Of a stretch of DNA of 64,000 bases, positions 39,814 to 49,964 are shown in pieces; the stretch's first letter is position 1; each line of letters opens with the position of its first letter. The notes below the pieces were generated by a model. The model searched no databases. It saw only the letters and a program-made list of their open reading frames with translations, and had not been told where the DNA came from. Position numbers and translations under genes: made by a program. The stretch spans positions 192,001 to 256,000 of the forward strand of contig CAVWBU010000021.1 in the NCBI GenBank assembly GCA_963753345.1, written 5' to 3'. This DNA is from an uncultured Fibrobacterota bacterium. Its GTDB lineage: Bacteria; Fibrobacterota; Chitinivibrionia; Chitinivibrionales; FEN-1185.

Positions 39814-42078
39814 TCATTGCAAAATCGCCATTCTCAATTTCACCGTATGTTTTCCACCCACGTTGACGCTGGCAAGGTAAACGCCGCGCGACGCGCCACG
39901 GCAGTTCCAGACAAGCGCAACTCCATTGCCGGCCAGGTTATCTGATAGTGCAGCCACCTGCTTTCCGAGGAGATTGAACACGGCAATTTCTACGCGGGTC
40001 GGGGCGCCCAAATTGAAAACAAAGTTGATTTGATCGCGGCCGGGGTTGCAATACGCTCTCACCGTTTCGGGAGCAACGGGTGCTTGCGCCAGAGCAACTC
40101 CGCTGGGCAAGGTGATTTTCGTCTTGTAAAGCCCGGTGCTTGTCGCGGCATACAACGAGCCGGCGCAGAGCGCATTGACGGCATTGAACCCGTTGGAATA
40201 CACCTGCCAGGTGCTTCCCCCATCGACGCTTATATGAATAGTTCCGTATCCGTCTGCAAAGCACAGCGCTTTCTTGTTGTCCACGGTCGTGGTAATGACA
40301 AAGGCCGGAATTTGCACCTGGGTGTTGATATTCGTCCACGTCGTTCCCCGGTCGGCGCTGTGAAACAGGCCATTCGACATCGTGGCGATATAAATTTGGG
40401 CGGGGTCATCGGGATCGATAACGAGCGAAGTGACAATATCCTTCGGGACCGGCATCTGCGTCCAGTTCAATCCGCCGTCAATGCTCTTATAGGCGCCCGT
40501 GGTGTTGTCGCTTTTTTGCTGGCAGAACTGGCCTTTGCCCGCATACAGGGTCAGCGTGTCTTGCGGATCAACGGCAATGAAGCTGATGACCGAGCCTGGG
40601 AAGGCGATCGGCTGCCAGGTGTTGCCGCTGTCAATGCTCTTGTACAATCCGTCATTGGGCCGCGGGGACGAGATGCCGCTGCCCACGCCCGCGTATACAA
40701 CAGCACTGTTGCCGGATTCGAACGCGAACTTGAGCACCCCTCCTGAATTCACCGGCAGCGACGATAGAAGCCGCCATGTTTCGCCGTAATCATCGCTTCG
40801 TACAATCGCTTCCGCCATGTTTCCCATTACCTGCTGGCAGGCGATGACCGAAGCGGCATTGGACGGCGGCACAATCATGTCGCCCAGGCCCGCCCGCAAT
40901 CCGTTCAATCCGAGCAAACGGGTCCATGAGGAGCCGCTGTCTTTGCTGCGGTAAAAATCGACGTCGCTTCCCGCGTAAAAAACATTTTTCTCAATGGGAT
41001 TGTGATAGAGAAACAGGAACCGGACTCCCCGGATATTCGTGTTGGCATCGTGGAACGTAACGCCATTCGTGCTTTTGTAAATGCCATACCCGTTGGCATC
41101 GGCCAGGTAGATTTTGCTGCTATCACCGACAGGATCGCACAGTCCATTTATCGGGCCGCTGACCGTCGAGTCAATGGCGCCCTGCAGAGTCCAGGTCTCT
41201 CCGGTGTCAACACTCCTATAGCAATTTCTTTCATTGAAGGCCAACAGCAGATTGCCGCCAAGATCCGCCATCATGACGGTTCTCATCCCTTGCGTACCCA
41301 GGGTGGCGTTGACCGCCACTGCTGACCACGTGGCGCCTCCGTCCATGCTTTTGAAAATAAGGGAGCGACCACCCGCAAAGACATGCAACGGGTTGTCCGG
41401 ATCCACGGTCAGCGAATAAACCGGCGAACTCGCAAGGCCGAAATAGGACGCAGAAAATTCAGTCCAATCAGCTCCTGCGTTGGCGCTGCAAAAAATGCCG
41501 CCGTCCCCGTCATAATTTTTTTGCGCGGTGACAACGATGTGTTCGGCTGCCATGGCAATGCGCGAAATTGCAAAGTCCTGCGGCAGCGTGTAAACCGCGC
41601 TCCACGTATTTCCGCCATTCGTGGTTTTATAGACATGGGCAGGATTGATCTGCCGGTCACTGGCATATGCGACGTTGGCATTGGCCGGGTCGCATGCGAT
41701 TTGCTCCAATGCCACCGGCGTGCTTAATTGAGCCCACGTTGCGCCGCCATCCAGGCTTTTGCTGATTCCCAGCATGCTGGTTGCGCCGTTGACGCACACG
41801 TAAACGACATTGGCGTTGGCAGGCGAATAGGCGATTCCAGTGATAAGACCGCTGAAGTTGGGGACCTGCTGCCATGTCGCGGCGCCGTCTGTGCTCTTAT
41901 ACAGGGATTGAATGCCGCCGGCCCAAAGAACGTTATGGTCAAGAGGATTCATGGCCAGGCTCCACATCTGCCCGCCGAAAATATCGGCATTGGTCCACGA
42001 ACCCATATCCGCCCCAAACGAAAAGGATCTCAAAAGCAATAATGACGCCATAGAAACCAACATTGAATTCTTTTTCAT
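39814..42078 (-). CDS. Secreted BNR/Asp-box beta-propeller protein (VPS10/GH74-like) with T9SS/FlgD-like C-terminal domain
   Basis: More than 10 S.D.G.TW Asp-box repeats; signal peptide; VFNLLGKQV..WN..GVY. Confidence 0.85.
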   Translation of the reverse strand: MKKNSMLVSMASLLLLRSFSFGADMGSWTNADIFGGQMWSLAMNPLDHNVLWAGGIQSLYKSTDGAATWQQVPNFSGLITGIAYSPANANVVYVCVNGATSMLGISKSLDGGATWAQLSTPVALEQIACDPANANVAYASDRQINPAHVYKTTNGGNTWSAVYTLPQDFAISRIAMAAEHIVVTAQKNYDGDGGIFCSANAGADWTEFSASYFGLASSPVYSLTVDPDNPLHVFAGGRSLIFKSMDGGATWSAVAVNATLGTQGMRTVMMADLGGNLLLAFNERNCYRSVDTGETWTLQGAIDSTVSGPINGLCDPVGDSSKIYLADANGYGIYKSTNGVTFHDANTNIRGVRFLFLYHNPIEKNVFYAGSDVDFYRSKDSGSSWTRLLGLNGLRAGLGDMIVPPSNAASVIACQQVMGNMAEAIVRSDDYGETWRLLSSLPVNSGGVLKFAFESGNSAVVYAGVGSGISSPRPNDGLYKSIDSGNTWQPIAFPGSVISFIAVDPQDTLTLYAGKGQFCQQKSDNTTGAYKSIDGGLNWTQMPVPKDIVTSLVIDPDDPAQIYIATMSNGLFHSADRGTTWTNINTQVQIPAFVITTTVDNKKALCFADGYGTIHISVDGGSTWQVYSNGFNAVNALCAGSLYAATSTGLYKTKITLPSGVALAQAPVAPETVRAYCNPGRDQINFVFNLGAPTRVEIAVFNLLGKQVAALSDNLAGNGVALVWNCRGASRGVYLASVNVGGKHTVKLRMAILQ

Positions 42079-42321
42079 TTTTCCCTCCACGGGCAAACGT
42101 GTTTCGCGGTCAACGGGGCCTTAGCTGAGATCATACAGTCTCCCGCGATTATTGTCAACAGCGGCATCCTATCCGTCCGGTCTTATTTCGTTTGGACGGC
42201 GGCCTGTTCATTTGTTTGAAATAAATCGGTGTGCCACGACGATCACTTCGACAAGCTCAGTGCAAGCCTTGGTCGTGTTCATGAAAGTTTACAAATGATG
42301 GCAAACAGCACTGATGGTCTT

Positions 42322-42564
42322 CGCGCCAGGGGCGACTGGAGGTCGTGCTGGAGCACGATGCTGCCCGGACTCTTAATTGTAGATTCTAGATTGATGATTG
42401 TAGATTGACAAAGACAAACTGGTCTATCTCTTGCATTTCCAATCTACATTCTACAATCTACATTCTAAAATTAGATGGCCCGAGGCCTGCGGCCGACGAC
42501 CCTTGGAAGCACCCGAAGGGGTGGACCGGAAGGAGGGCTGCCGCCGTCTTCGGCGGGGCGCCCA
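42322..42564 (-). repeat. Module B carrying a heptamer-repeat hairpin; right inverted copy
   Basis: Inverted relative to 39393-39608. Confidence 0.88.
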
Positions 42565-42674
42565 ATTTTTTTATTCATAATAGCAAAATTTGTCCGCCGA
42601 AAACTTATTTTGCCACTAGATTTGATCATGGTGCCGTACCGTTCGCTTTTCTTTTTCTCGAAAGGAGACGGGAC

Positions 42675-44423
42675 ATGAAAAACGTCGCATCAGCAATTCT
42701 TCTTGCCATCGCTTTCTTCATCGGCGGTACATTTGCCGGCAACGCTTCGGTTGCCGCACTTCCCACCCAGACCAGCATCATCAAAGACAGCATCACCTGG
42801 ACATTCTCCCAGGCGGTGCCGGTGGGACAGTTTGTCAACGGAGATTATTACGTTGTGGGCCCGGTGACCGTTACTGCGATTTCGCCCGCCCCGCAGAGTG
42901 TTGCGCCGTACGCGAACGGATCGGTGCTCAACCTGCCCACGCCGGACGGGAAAAGCGCTTTTGATCAGCGGCTGAACGACGGCAGCGACGAATCATGGTG
43001 GTTCAATGCAAGCGAGCGCGTGTACCCTCCCATCTCCCTGAAACCGGGAGACGCATTGGTTTCATCGATCAGCCTGTCCGCAGCTCAATACCACAATGTT
43101 CCGGAAGTGATGCGCGCCGGTGACCAAAGCTGCAGCCCGGTTGCCAGCGTATCCGTTCTCACGGTCCTGGGCGCCGCCGTATCATCCGATGCTTTCCGCC
43201 CGTCGTATTGCGACCGGAAGCAGACAATTTATCATGCCGATTCCCTGCAGCGCCAGCTTCTGCCGTCCGTGGTTCCCCCCAATCCGGCCGCGACCCCGAC
43301 TCTTGCGCAATTTGAGACCTGGTTCCGCAGGCCATGGATCGACATGAACCCTTTCCTTTTTGATGCTCCCGCGGCCTATATGCCCAGTTACGGCGCGCAC
43401 GTGGGATTTGCGGTTTCTTATGTCGGGCTGGTTTTGTCGCTCAACTTCACGCCTGCGCAAAAAGTAAACCTCACCAATTACTTTGTGCAGTACGGCATTG
43501 ATTTGTTCGGATGCCTTAAAGCAGGATACGGATGGCCGGCTTTTGGAGGTCATCGCAGCGGAAGAAAAATGCCCGTTGTTCTTGCAGGCATTCTGCTGCA
43601 ATGCGATTCGATGAAAAACGTGTCCACGTATTTTCCCGACAAGTTCGGCGAAGACATGCAGACGCTCTACATCAGTTCGCTCCCGCCGGCGGGCAAATAC
43701 ACCAAGGCATGGCAGGGCGCCAAGGTGATTTACGGAGGCCACTACGGGGTTCATCCGGACGGAACGCCTGTTGATACGGGACTCTATGGTCCTTACGAAC
43801 AGCTTCAGCCGAGGGATTGGCCGCTCCTCACTCCCACCGAGCAGCTGGGAGAAGCGTACCGGCGCTGCTGCACCTCCATGAGCTGGATCGGCGAGGCTTT
43901 GACCATGCATCTTATGGGGGCCGAAGCCATTTGGAACCATCCGGCTTTTTTTGATTACGTTGTCCGGTGGATGTGCGAAAACGATTCGCTCGCAATCGAC
44001 AGCATCAAGGCGCAAAGTGGATTCGATTACAGCTCATCGTGGGACCGGCAGCAGCAGACCGCCGGAGTTTTGCAGGGCGAATTTCCCCAGTACACTTTTA
44101 TTGATGATATGTGGCGGACGTATCATCCGTGCAGCACAAGCATGGTGATTCAAAACGTTCGCGATCGATCCATTCAGTCAAATTCGACTCTTCTCGTCTT
44201 TTCCAACCCTTCCAATGCCATGGTTTTTATCAGACTGCCGAATCTGTCGGGACCAGTCGACGTGGAGATTTATTCCCTCACCGGAGTAAGAGTGGCGCGC
44301 TTTCGCCATGTTCGGGAGGGAAGGGTTGTCTGGAATGCGGCGAATTGTTCCAGCGGTCTCTATTTGATAGAGGCCAGTGCAGGAACCCGCGAGCTTACCG
44401 GGAGGCTGCAGTTGGTGAGATGA
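42675..44423 (+). CDS. Secreted hypothetical protein with T9SS-like C-terminal domain
   Basis: AGGAG RBS, signal peptide, ITWTF..VGQFVNGDYYVVG, GGHRSGRK, AYRRCCT, IYSLTG..SGLY. Confidence 0.75.
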   Translation: MKNVASAILLAIAFFIGGTFAGNASVAALPTQTSIIKDSITWTFSQAVPVGQFVNGDYYVVGPVTVTAISPAPQSVAPYANGSVLNLPTPDGKSAFDQRLNDGSDESWWFNASERVYPPISLKPGDALVSSISLSAAQYHNVPEVMRAGDQSCSPVASVSVLTVLGAAVSSDAFRPSYCDRKQTIYHADSLQRQLLPSVVPPNPAATPTLAQFETWFRRPWIDMNPFLFDAPAAYMPSYGAHVGFAVSYVGLVLSLNFTPAQKVNLTNYFVQYGIDLFGCLKAGYGWPAFGGHRSGRKMPVVLAGILLQCDSMKNVSTYFPDKFGEDMQTLYISSLPPAGKYTKAWQGAKVIYGGHYGVHPDGTPVDTGLYGPYEQLQPRDWPLLTPTEQLGEAYRRCCTSMSWIGEALTMHLMGAEAIWNHPAFFDYVVRWMCENDSLAIDSIKAQSGFDYSSSWDRQQQTAGVLQGEFPQYTFIDDMWRTYHPCSTSMVIQNVRDRSIQSNSTLLVFSNPSNAMVFIRLPNLSGPVDVEIYSLTGVRVARFRHVREGRVVWNAANCSSGLYLIEASAGTRELTGRLQLVR

Positions 44424-44464
44424 GGCCGCTAGGGTTTTTGATGACCGCGGATCTTTACAAAAAG

Positions 44465-44586
44465 GGGTTCTTTGCTTTCCGGCAAAGAGCCCTTTTTACC
44501 TATGTCCTGACTGCACCCTCTTTTTCTAAATTCTACATTCTACAATCTACCTTCTACAATTATGAATGGTCAAGAGGCCGGGATTT
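44465..44586 (-). repeat. Degenerate copy of the tRNA-Ser 3' end plus downstream heptamers and terminator (att-like)
   Basis: AATGGTCAAGAGGCCGGGATTT vs AATGGCGGAGAGGCTGGGATTT; hairpin GGGTTC(T/C)TTGC-TTTCCG-GCAA(A/G)GAGCCC in both. Confidence 0.65.
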
Positions 44587-45048
44587 CCTCGCCACGTTCC
44601 GTACCTTATTGATCCCGCCAATAGTCTCTATCTGACTGCTTCAAAACTGCACCAACCATGTTCTGCAATGCCAAGAACCCTTGTAGATTAACGAGAGAAA
44701 AGATAGACGGTCTCACGAACGATGAAAACATGCATGAGAGAGAAATTCCGATTCTGTCTTGTCAATAAACTCTGAAGAATGACCGGCAGCCGTCCCGTGG
44801 AAAGATGCCATCCCTCCTGCAATACTTCTAAGAAAGGGAGGCGGTTTTCTTGAGGATAGTCCCGTCATAATTTCATGAAGGAGGCATAGCGGATGGTATT
44901 TTTCCCTGCGTCGGAGGTTCGGGCAAACAAAGTGTGGAATAATACTTATGGGGACCTCTAAAAATTCCATATTTTGCTAAAAATGTGGCGAATCTAGTCA
45001 AAAATCGCCAATCGTTTTCTGAAAAAGGCAATTTTTAGAGGTTCCCTT

Positions 45049-46431
45049 ATGTATAATAGACCGAAAATGCGAAGCTATGTAATATTTTTCATATTGGCAA
45101 TGACGCTTGTGCTTGTTTCAATCAGCACAACCTCGGTTGCGGTTGCATTTCCGGTAATTACCGCCTCATTCCATATTACGCTGATTCTGGCCGGATGGAT
45201 CATCAGCATTTATCAGTTGGGCGTTACCGGCATAATGCCGATAGCCGGTAAATTGGGAGATATCTTGAGCAAGAAAGTCACCTTTTTGCTCTGCTTGTCT
45301 TTTTTCACGGTAGGCTCGCTGCTCTGCGCATTTTCATCGAACATAGGGCTGCTGATTATTTCCCGTTTCATACAGTCACTCGGGGGTGGCGGAATCATGC
45401 CTGCAGCCATGGGAATCGTTGCGGAGGAATTCCCCAGGTCCAAGCACCGGGCCATCGGGCTCTTCAGCAGTATCTTTCCGATAGGGCAAATAATCGGTCC
45501 TAATCTTGGAGGGTTCCTTGTGGAATCATTCGGCTGGCGGTCCATATTCTGGCTAAACATACCGTTGTGCCTTGTCGTTATTTTCCTGGCGGTTCTATTT
45601 CTTCGCCGCGAAGAAAGGAAGAATGAACGAATAGATGTTCTTGGAACCGTGCTTCTTTTCGCCTCCTTGTTTTTGTTGATGGCTGGTTTGAGCGTTATCG
45701 GTTCCGGGCAATCGGTGAAAATGATTATAGCGGCAATAGTGCTTCTTTGCACGGCGACGATGCTGATGGTGAGGCTCATAGGGCATGAAAGGAAAACACA
45801 AAACCCTATTATCGATTTTGCCGTGCTGAGAGGCAGGCCCTTCATGGCCGCGAATGTTTTTAATTTCATATACGGGGTTGCGATAATCGGCGTTATGTCG
45901 CTTATCCCTGCGTATGCCGTTTTCGTTTACAAGATGAGCACGCTGCAAAGCGGAATTCTCATGACCCCGCGGTCCGTTGCCATGATCGCGGCTTCTTTGT
46001 TAACGAGTCTTTATATCATGCGATGGGGATATCGCTGGCCGATAATCGCCGGCACCCTTGCTACAGCGGCAGCGCTTCTGCTGTTCAGTTTCAAATTCAA
46101 TAGTATATTTCTTCTTTACATCATATCATCGATTGTCGGGGTCGGGGCCGGACTTGCGGCGCCTGCTTCCAACAATGCCTGCATCGAGCTCATGCCGGAG
46201 CACGTATCAACGATTACAGGGATTCGGGGGATGTTTCGCCAGACCGGCGGGGCACTGAGCATAGCCGTTGCAACCATCATTCTGCACGCTTCTGGCAATA
46301 TGCTTCTGGGATTTCGCATTATTTTTCTTGGAATGGTTGTGGCGCTGATCGGTGTTATCCCCGCAGTTTTCTTGATGCCGAGTTCTCCAAAGGCTGCCGT
46401 ATCTCGGGTGGATTTGGATTCTGAAGACTAA
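45049..46431 (+). CDS. MFS transporter, DHA2 (14-TM) type
   Basis: GKLGD, RFIQSLGGG, GPNLGG, WRSIFWLNIP. Confidence 0.88.
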   Translation: MYNRPKMRSYVIFFILAMTLVLVSISTTSVAVAFPVITASFHITLILAGWIISIYQLGVTGIMPIAGKLGDILSKKVTFLLCLSFFTVGSLLCAFSSNIGLLIISRFIQSLGGGGIMPAAMGIVAEEFPRSKHRAIGLFSSIFPIGQIIGPNLGGFLVESFGWRSIFWLNIPLCLVVIFLAVLFLRREERKNERIDVLGTVLLFASLFLLMAGLSVIGSGQSVKMIIAAIVLLCTATMLMVRLIGHERKTQNPIIDFAVLRGRPFMAANVFNFIYGVAIIGVMSLIPAYAVFVYKMSTLQSGILMTPRSVAMIAASLLTSLYIMRWGYRWPIIAGTLATAAALLLFSFKFNSIFLLYIISSIVGVGAGLAAPASNNACIELMPEHVSTITGIRGMFRQTGGALSIAVATIILHASGNMLLGFRIIFLGMVVALIGVIPAVFLMPSSPKAAVSRVDLDSED

Positions 46432-46447
46432 ATAGAGGAGGAGAGTA

Positions 46448-47260
46448 ATGGCAATCAAAGGTGAATGGATTGAGTATGGCGATCAGAAGGGGTACTTTGC
46501 CTTTCCTGAAAAGGCCTCTTTGCCGCTTCCGGCCATCATGGTGATTCAGGAGGCATGGGGTGTGAATGACCATATCGAAGACGTCACGAGGCGTTTCGCC
46601 GCCGCAGGATATGCGGCGCTTGCCCCGGATCTTTTCGCGGTCGGCGGTGTGAGGCCGGCGGCGCTTTCCCGCGAACGGATCGAAAAGGCGATGAAGTTCA
46701 TGAGGCAGCTGCCTCCTTCTGCCGCGGGAAATCCTGCGGCCCGGGATGCCGAGCTTGCCAGGCTTCCGGAATCCGAGAGAAAGGAAATCGGCGAAACCTT
46801 CGGACAGTTGTTCGGCGGTCCCGGCAGGCTGGCAGGATATATTCCCCGGCTCAGGGAAGCCGTCCGTCATCTCAGAAGCACGCAAAAGGAAACAAAGGCC
46901 CAAAAAGTGGCCTGCGTCGGCTTTTGCATGGGAGGAGGACTCTCGGCCCTTCTGGCCTGTGAAGAACCGGAAATTTCAGGCGCCGCAGTATTCTACGGGA
47001 CTACGCCTCCCGCCGAAAAAATACCCTCCATACACTGTCCCGTTATCGCCTTCTACGGCGGCAACGACCAGCGAGTCAACGCCGGCATTCCCGTTTTCGA
47101 GGAAGCCATGCGCAACGCTGGCAAGTCCTATGAACACGTTGTGTATGAAGGGGCGAACCACTCCTTCTTCAACGACGACGGCCAGTCTTACAACGTCAAT
47201 GCGGTTCGTGATGCGTTTGCGCGGCTCTTGACTTTCTTTAACAAAACCCTGTCGGACTAG
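46448..47260 (+). CDS. Dienelactone hydrolase family protein
   Basis: QEAWGVN, APDL, GFCMGG, HSFFND. Confidence 0.9.
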   Translation: MAIKGEWIEYGDQKGYFAFPEKASLPLPAIMVIQEAWGVNDHIEDVTRRFAAAGYAALAPDLFAVGGVRPAALSRERIEKAMKFMRQLPPSAAGNPAARDAELARLPESERKEIGETFGQLFGGPGRLAGYIPRLREAVRHLRSTQKETKAQKVACVGFCMGGGLSALLACEEPEISGAAVFYGTTPPAEKIPSIHCPVIAFYGGNDQRVNAGIPVFEEAMRNAGKSYEHVVYEGANHSFFNDDGQSYNVNAVRDAFARLLTFFNKTLSD

Positions 47261-47269
47261 GAACCGGCA

Positions 47270-48409
47270 TTGGGTCAGCTCTCGGAATGCCTGGTAATGG
47301 CCAAACCTGGAGGGCCACGGTGCAATATGCGCTGCGCGTATTGCTATTACCTTGGCAAAGAGCGCCTCTTCCCCGCAGGCACCTTGCGGATGCCCGAAGA
47401 TCTTCTTGAAAAGTACATCGCCCAGCGGTTTGAAGCTTCACCCGGGCCCAACACCCATTTCGAGTGGCATGGCGGGGAGCCGACGCTGCTGGGCCTGGAT
47501 TATTTCCGCACCATCACACGGCTGCAACGCAAACATAAACCGGCCGGGCGCGCGCTTTCCAACGGCCTGCAGACCAACGGCCTCCTGATTGATGATGAGT
47601 GGGCCGAGTTCCTTGCCCAAGAAGGGTTTTCCGTCGGGCTTAGCCTCGACGGGCCGGTTGAGTTTCATGACGCATTCAGGAAAACAGCCGATGGCCGCCC
47701 CACACATTCGCAGGTTGTTCATGCTTTCCATGTGCTAAGAGAGCGTCGTGTGTTCTGTAATGTGCTCTGTGTGCTCCATTCTGTAAACACGGCCGCGCCC
47801 GACAGGCTGTATGATTTCTTCCGCGGCATGGGTGTCTCCTATATCCAATTTCTGCCGCTTGTCGGCGCTGGCCAAGCAACTTCCAAGCCCGAGGAGATAG
47901 GTGATTTCCTGTGCCGGATTTTCGACCGATGGATCAGGGAAGATGTCGGCCGGACGGTGATCCAAATCTTCGATGAGGCGCTGCGGCCTATGTACGGCGT
48001 GCCGCACGCTTTGTGCGTTCACCGGGAGAGATGCGGCGACGCGGCTGTCCTGGAACATGACGGGAGTCTTTACGCATGCGATCATTTTGTCGATCCGGAA
48101 CATTTGATCGGAAATATAAGGGAAAGAAAACTCTGCGACTTGGCAGCTGATCCCAAAATGGCCTGCTTCGGAAGAGCCAAGAAGGACACGCTGCCTAGGT
48201 ACTGCAGGGAATGCGAGGTGCTTTCATTCTGCAACGGCGGCTGCCCCAAGGACCGAATAGCACAAGCCCACGATGGAGAGAAAGGCCTGAATTACCTCTG
48301 CCCGGCTTATAAAGCCTTCTTTCTCCATGCGAGGCCCGAACTGACTCGCCTGGCTGGCCACATGAAAGCCGGGAACCCGCTGAGGGAATTCAGGGCAGCC
48401 GGAACTTGA
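47270..48409 (+). CDS. Anaerobic sulfatase maturase-like radical SAM/SPASM protein
   Basis: CNMRCAYCYY, WHGGEPTL, YACDHFV, C..C.....CNGGCPKDR. Confidence 0.9.
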   Translation: MGQLSECLVMAKPGGPRCNMRCAYCYYLGKERLFPAGTLRMPEDLLEKYIAQRFEASPGPNTHFEWHGGEPTLLGLDYFRTITRLQRKHKPAGRALSNGLQTNGLLIDDEWAEFLAQEGFSVGLSLDGPVEFHDAFRKTADGRPTHSQVVHAFHVLRERRVFCNVLCVLHSVNTAAPDRLYDFFRGMGVSYIQFLPLVGAGQATSKPEEIGDFLCRIFDRWIREDVGRTVIQIFDEALRPMYGVPHALCVHRERCGDAAVLEHDGSLYACDHFVDPEHLIGNIRERKLCDLAADPKMACFGRAKKDTLPRYCRECEVLSFCNGGCPKDRIAQAHDGEKGLNYLCPAYKAFFLHARPELTRLAGHMKAGNPLREFRAAGT

Positions 48410-48502
48410 AAAGTTGCCTCGGCAGCAAAGATCGGACTTAAGACCGCCAAGAAATTCGGTGCGTCGATTTCCCCGTCACAATACCCTGTGCCATCACGAG
48501 CT

Positions 48503-49189
48503 CTATTTTTTTATCTTCTTGCCCTCCGAAAATGCATCGCCTAGATAGTTACCAATGCCATAGTAGGCGCGGTTCGCCGGATTAAAGACCATCGGTTTTA
48601 TCTTCTCCATGTCCGGTGCTCCGTCTTTCCCCAGCACTGTCTCATCGGCCTTTACGTCCTTGATCTCGCCGACGAACATCGTGTGGGATCCCAGTTTGAC
48701 AATTTGAATTACGGAGCATTCCACAGCGAACGGGAACTCCTTGACATACGGTGCATCCACCAGATCGCTCTTTACTGGCGTGAGCTTTGTAGCGGCAAAC
48801 TTGTCCTCTGTCCGGCCCGAAACGATCCCGAAGTAATCGGCTTGTTGGATGTATTTTTCTGAAGGGATACTGATCGTGAAGGCTTTGCGAGCCATGATAT
48901 TGCCATAGGTATACGTTGCTTCCCGGATGGCAATGGCGACGCAAGGCGGCTTGGAACAACAAATACCGCCCCACGCAACGACCATTGCATCCGGCTTGTC
49001 GGATTTATCGTATGATCCTACGACAAAAACCGGTGTGGGGAAGACAAGGGTTTTCGCTCCAATGGACTTTTTCATCTTCGCTCCCTTCTTGTCGATATCG
49101 GATGTGGAATCCTGTGCAAAAACGGACACCGTTACCATTGCTCCTGTGATCAAAAATCCGCTGGTTATGGCCGCAATAAATTTTTTCAT
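48503..49189 (-). CDS. Flavin reductase (flavoredoxin-like) with N-terminal signal-like extension
   Basis: [39 protein letters not shown]. Confidence 0.85.
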   Translation of the reverse strand: MKKFIAAITSGFLITGAMVTVSVFAQDSTSDIDKKGAKMKKSIGAKTLVFPTPVFVVGSYDKSDKPDAMVVAWGGICCSKPPCVAIAIREATYTYGNIMARKAFTISIPSEKYIQQADYFGIVSGRTEDKFAATKLTPVKSDLVDAPYVKEFPFAVECSVIQIVKLGSHTMFVGEIKDVKADETVLGKDGAPDMEKIKPMVFNPANRAYYGIGNYLGDAFSEGKKIKK

Positions 49190-49247
49190 CCTGTTTCTCC
49201 TTAGGTACACACGTTTATGGTTTAAAGGGAAGTCCAAATAAAATAAA

Positions 49248-49279
49248 GGGTTCCTTGCTTTCCGGCAAGGAGCCCCTTT
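49248..49279. terminator. Hairpin terminator downstream of tRNA-Ser
   Basis: GGGTTCCTTGC-TTTCCG-GCAAGGAGCCC with A/T runs on both sides. Confidence 0.7.
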
Positions 49280-49318
49280 TGATTTTTCAATCTACATTCT
49301 ACAATCTACAATTAAGAA

Positions 49319-49406
49319 TGGCGGAGAGGCTGGGATTTGAACCCAGGGTACGTTTCCGCACACACGCTTTCCAGGCGTGCACCTTCGGCCGCTCGGTCAC
49401 CTCTCC
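49319..49406 (-). tRNA. tRNA-Ser (GGA)
   Basis: GGAGAGGTGACCGAGCGGCCGAAGG..CCTGGAAAG..long variable arm..GGTTCAAATCCC..CTCTCCGCCA. Confidence 0.95.
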
Positions 49407-49633
49407 GTGTAAATGTCGCATCCTAGGCAATCGGGATGAAAAATACCTGTTTGCGGCTGCGATGTAAATACCGCAATTGATGACGGCCACCTGCGCCAAG
49501 CGGCTGGGAAGCTCAACCCGCCTTGCCAAATGGCGGTTCACCTGCTCTTTTCGCAGATTCTTTTTCCTTTCGCTTGTCCTTTTTGTATATTGAGTTATCA
49601 TTACCGAACGCAATTTCATCCCGGAGGTGCAGA

Positions 49634-49909
49634 ATGGCGAGAATCACAAAGGCAGAGTTGAGCAGGCTGCAGAAGACGCTCAAGACCGACGAGGCGATCG
49701 GCAGAAAGCTGGGGATCACCCGTCAGGCGGTTCATCAATGGAGAAAGAAATACGGCGTGGAGTCGCGGTGGGACCAGAACCCGGAGCGCAACAAGAAGAT
49801 GGTTTCCCTGTACAAGGCGGGCAAGACCGGAAACGAAATTGCGGACAAGTTCGGACTTTCTTTGTCGCAGACGTATAGATTGATAGGCAAGGGCAAAAAG
49901 AAGAGATAA
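49634..49909 (+). CDS. Small basic protein with two HTH-like motifs
   Basis: GGAGG RBS; DEAIGRKLGITRQAVHQWR and GNEIADKFGLSLSQTYR. Confidence 0.8.
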   Translation: MARITKAELSRLQKTLKTDEAIGRKLGITRQAVHQWRKKYGVESRWDQNPERNKKMVSLYKAGKTGNEIADKFGLSLSQTYRLIGKGKKKR

Positions 49910-49964
49910 AGATAAATCCTCATGTGGGGGAAGATCAGCCTGTCTCAAAACCCAGTTTAAGAAC

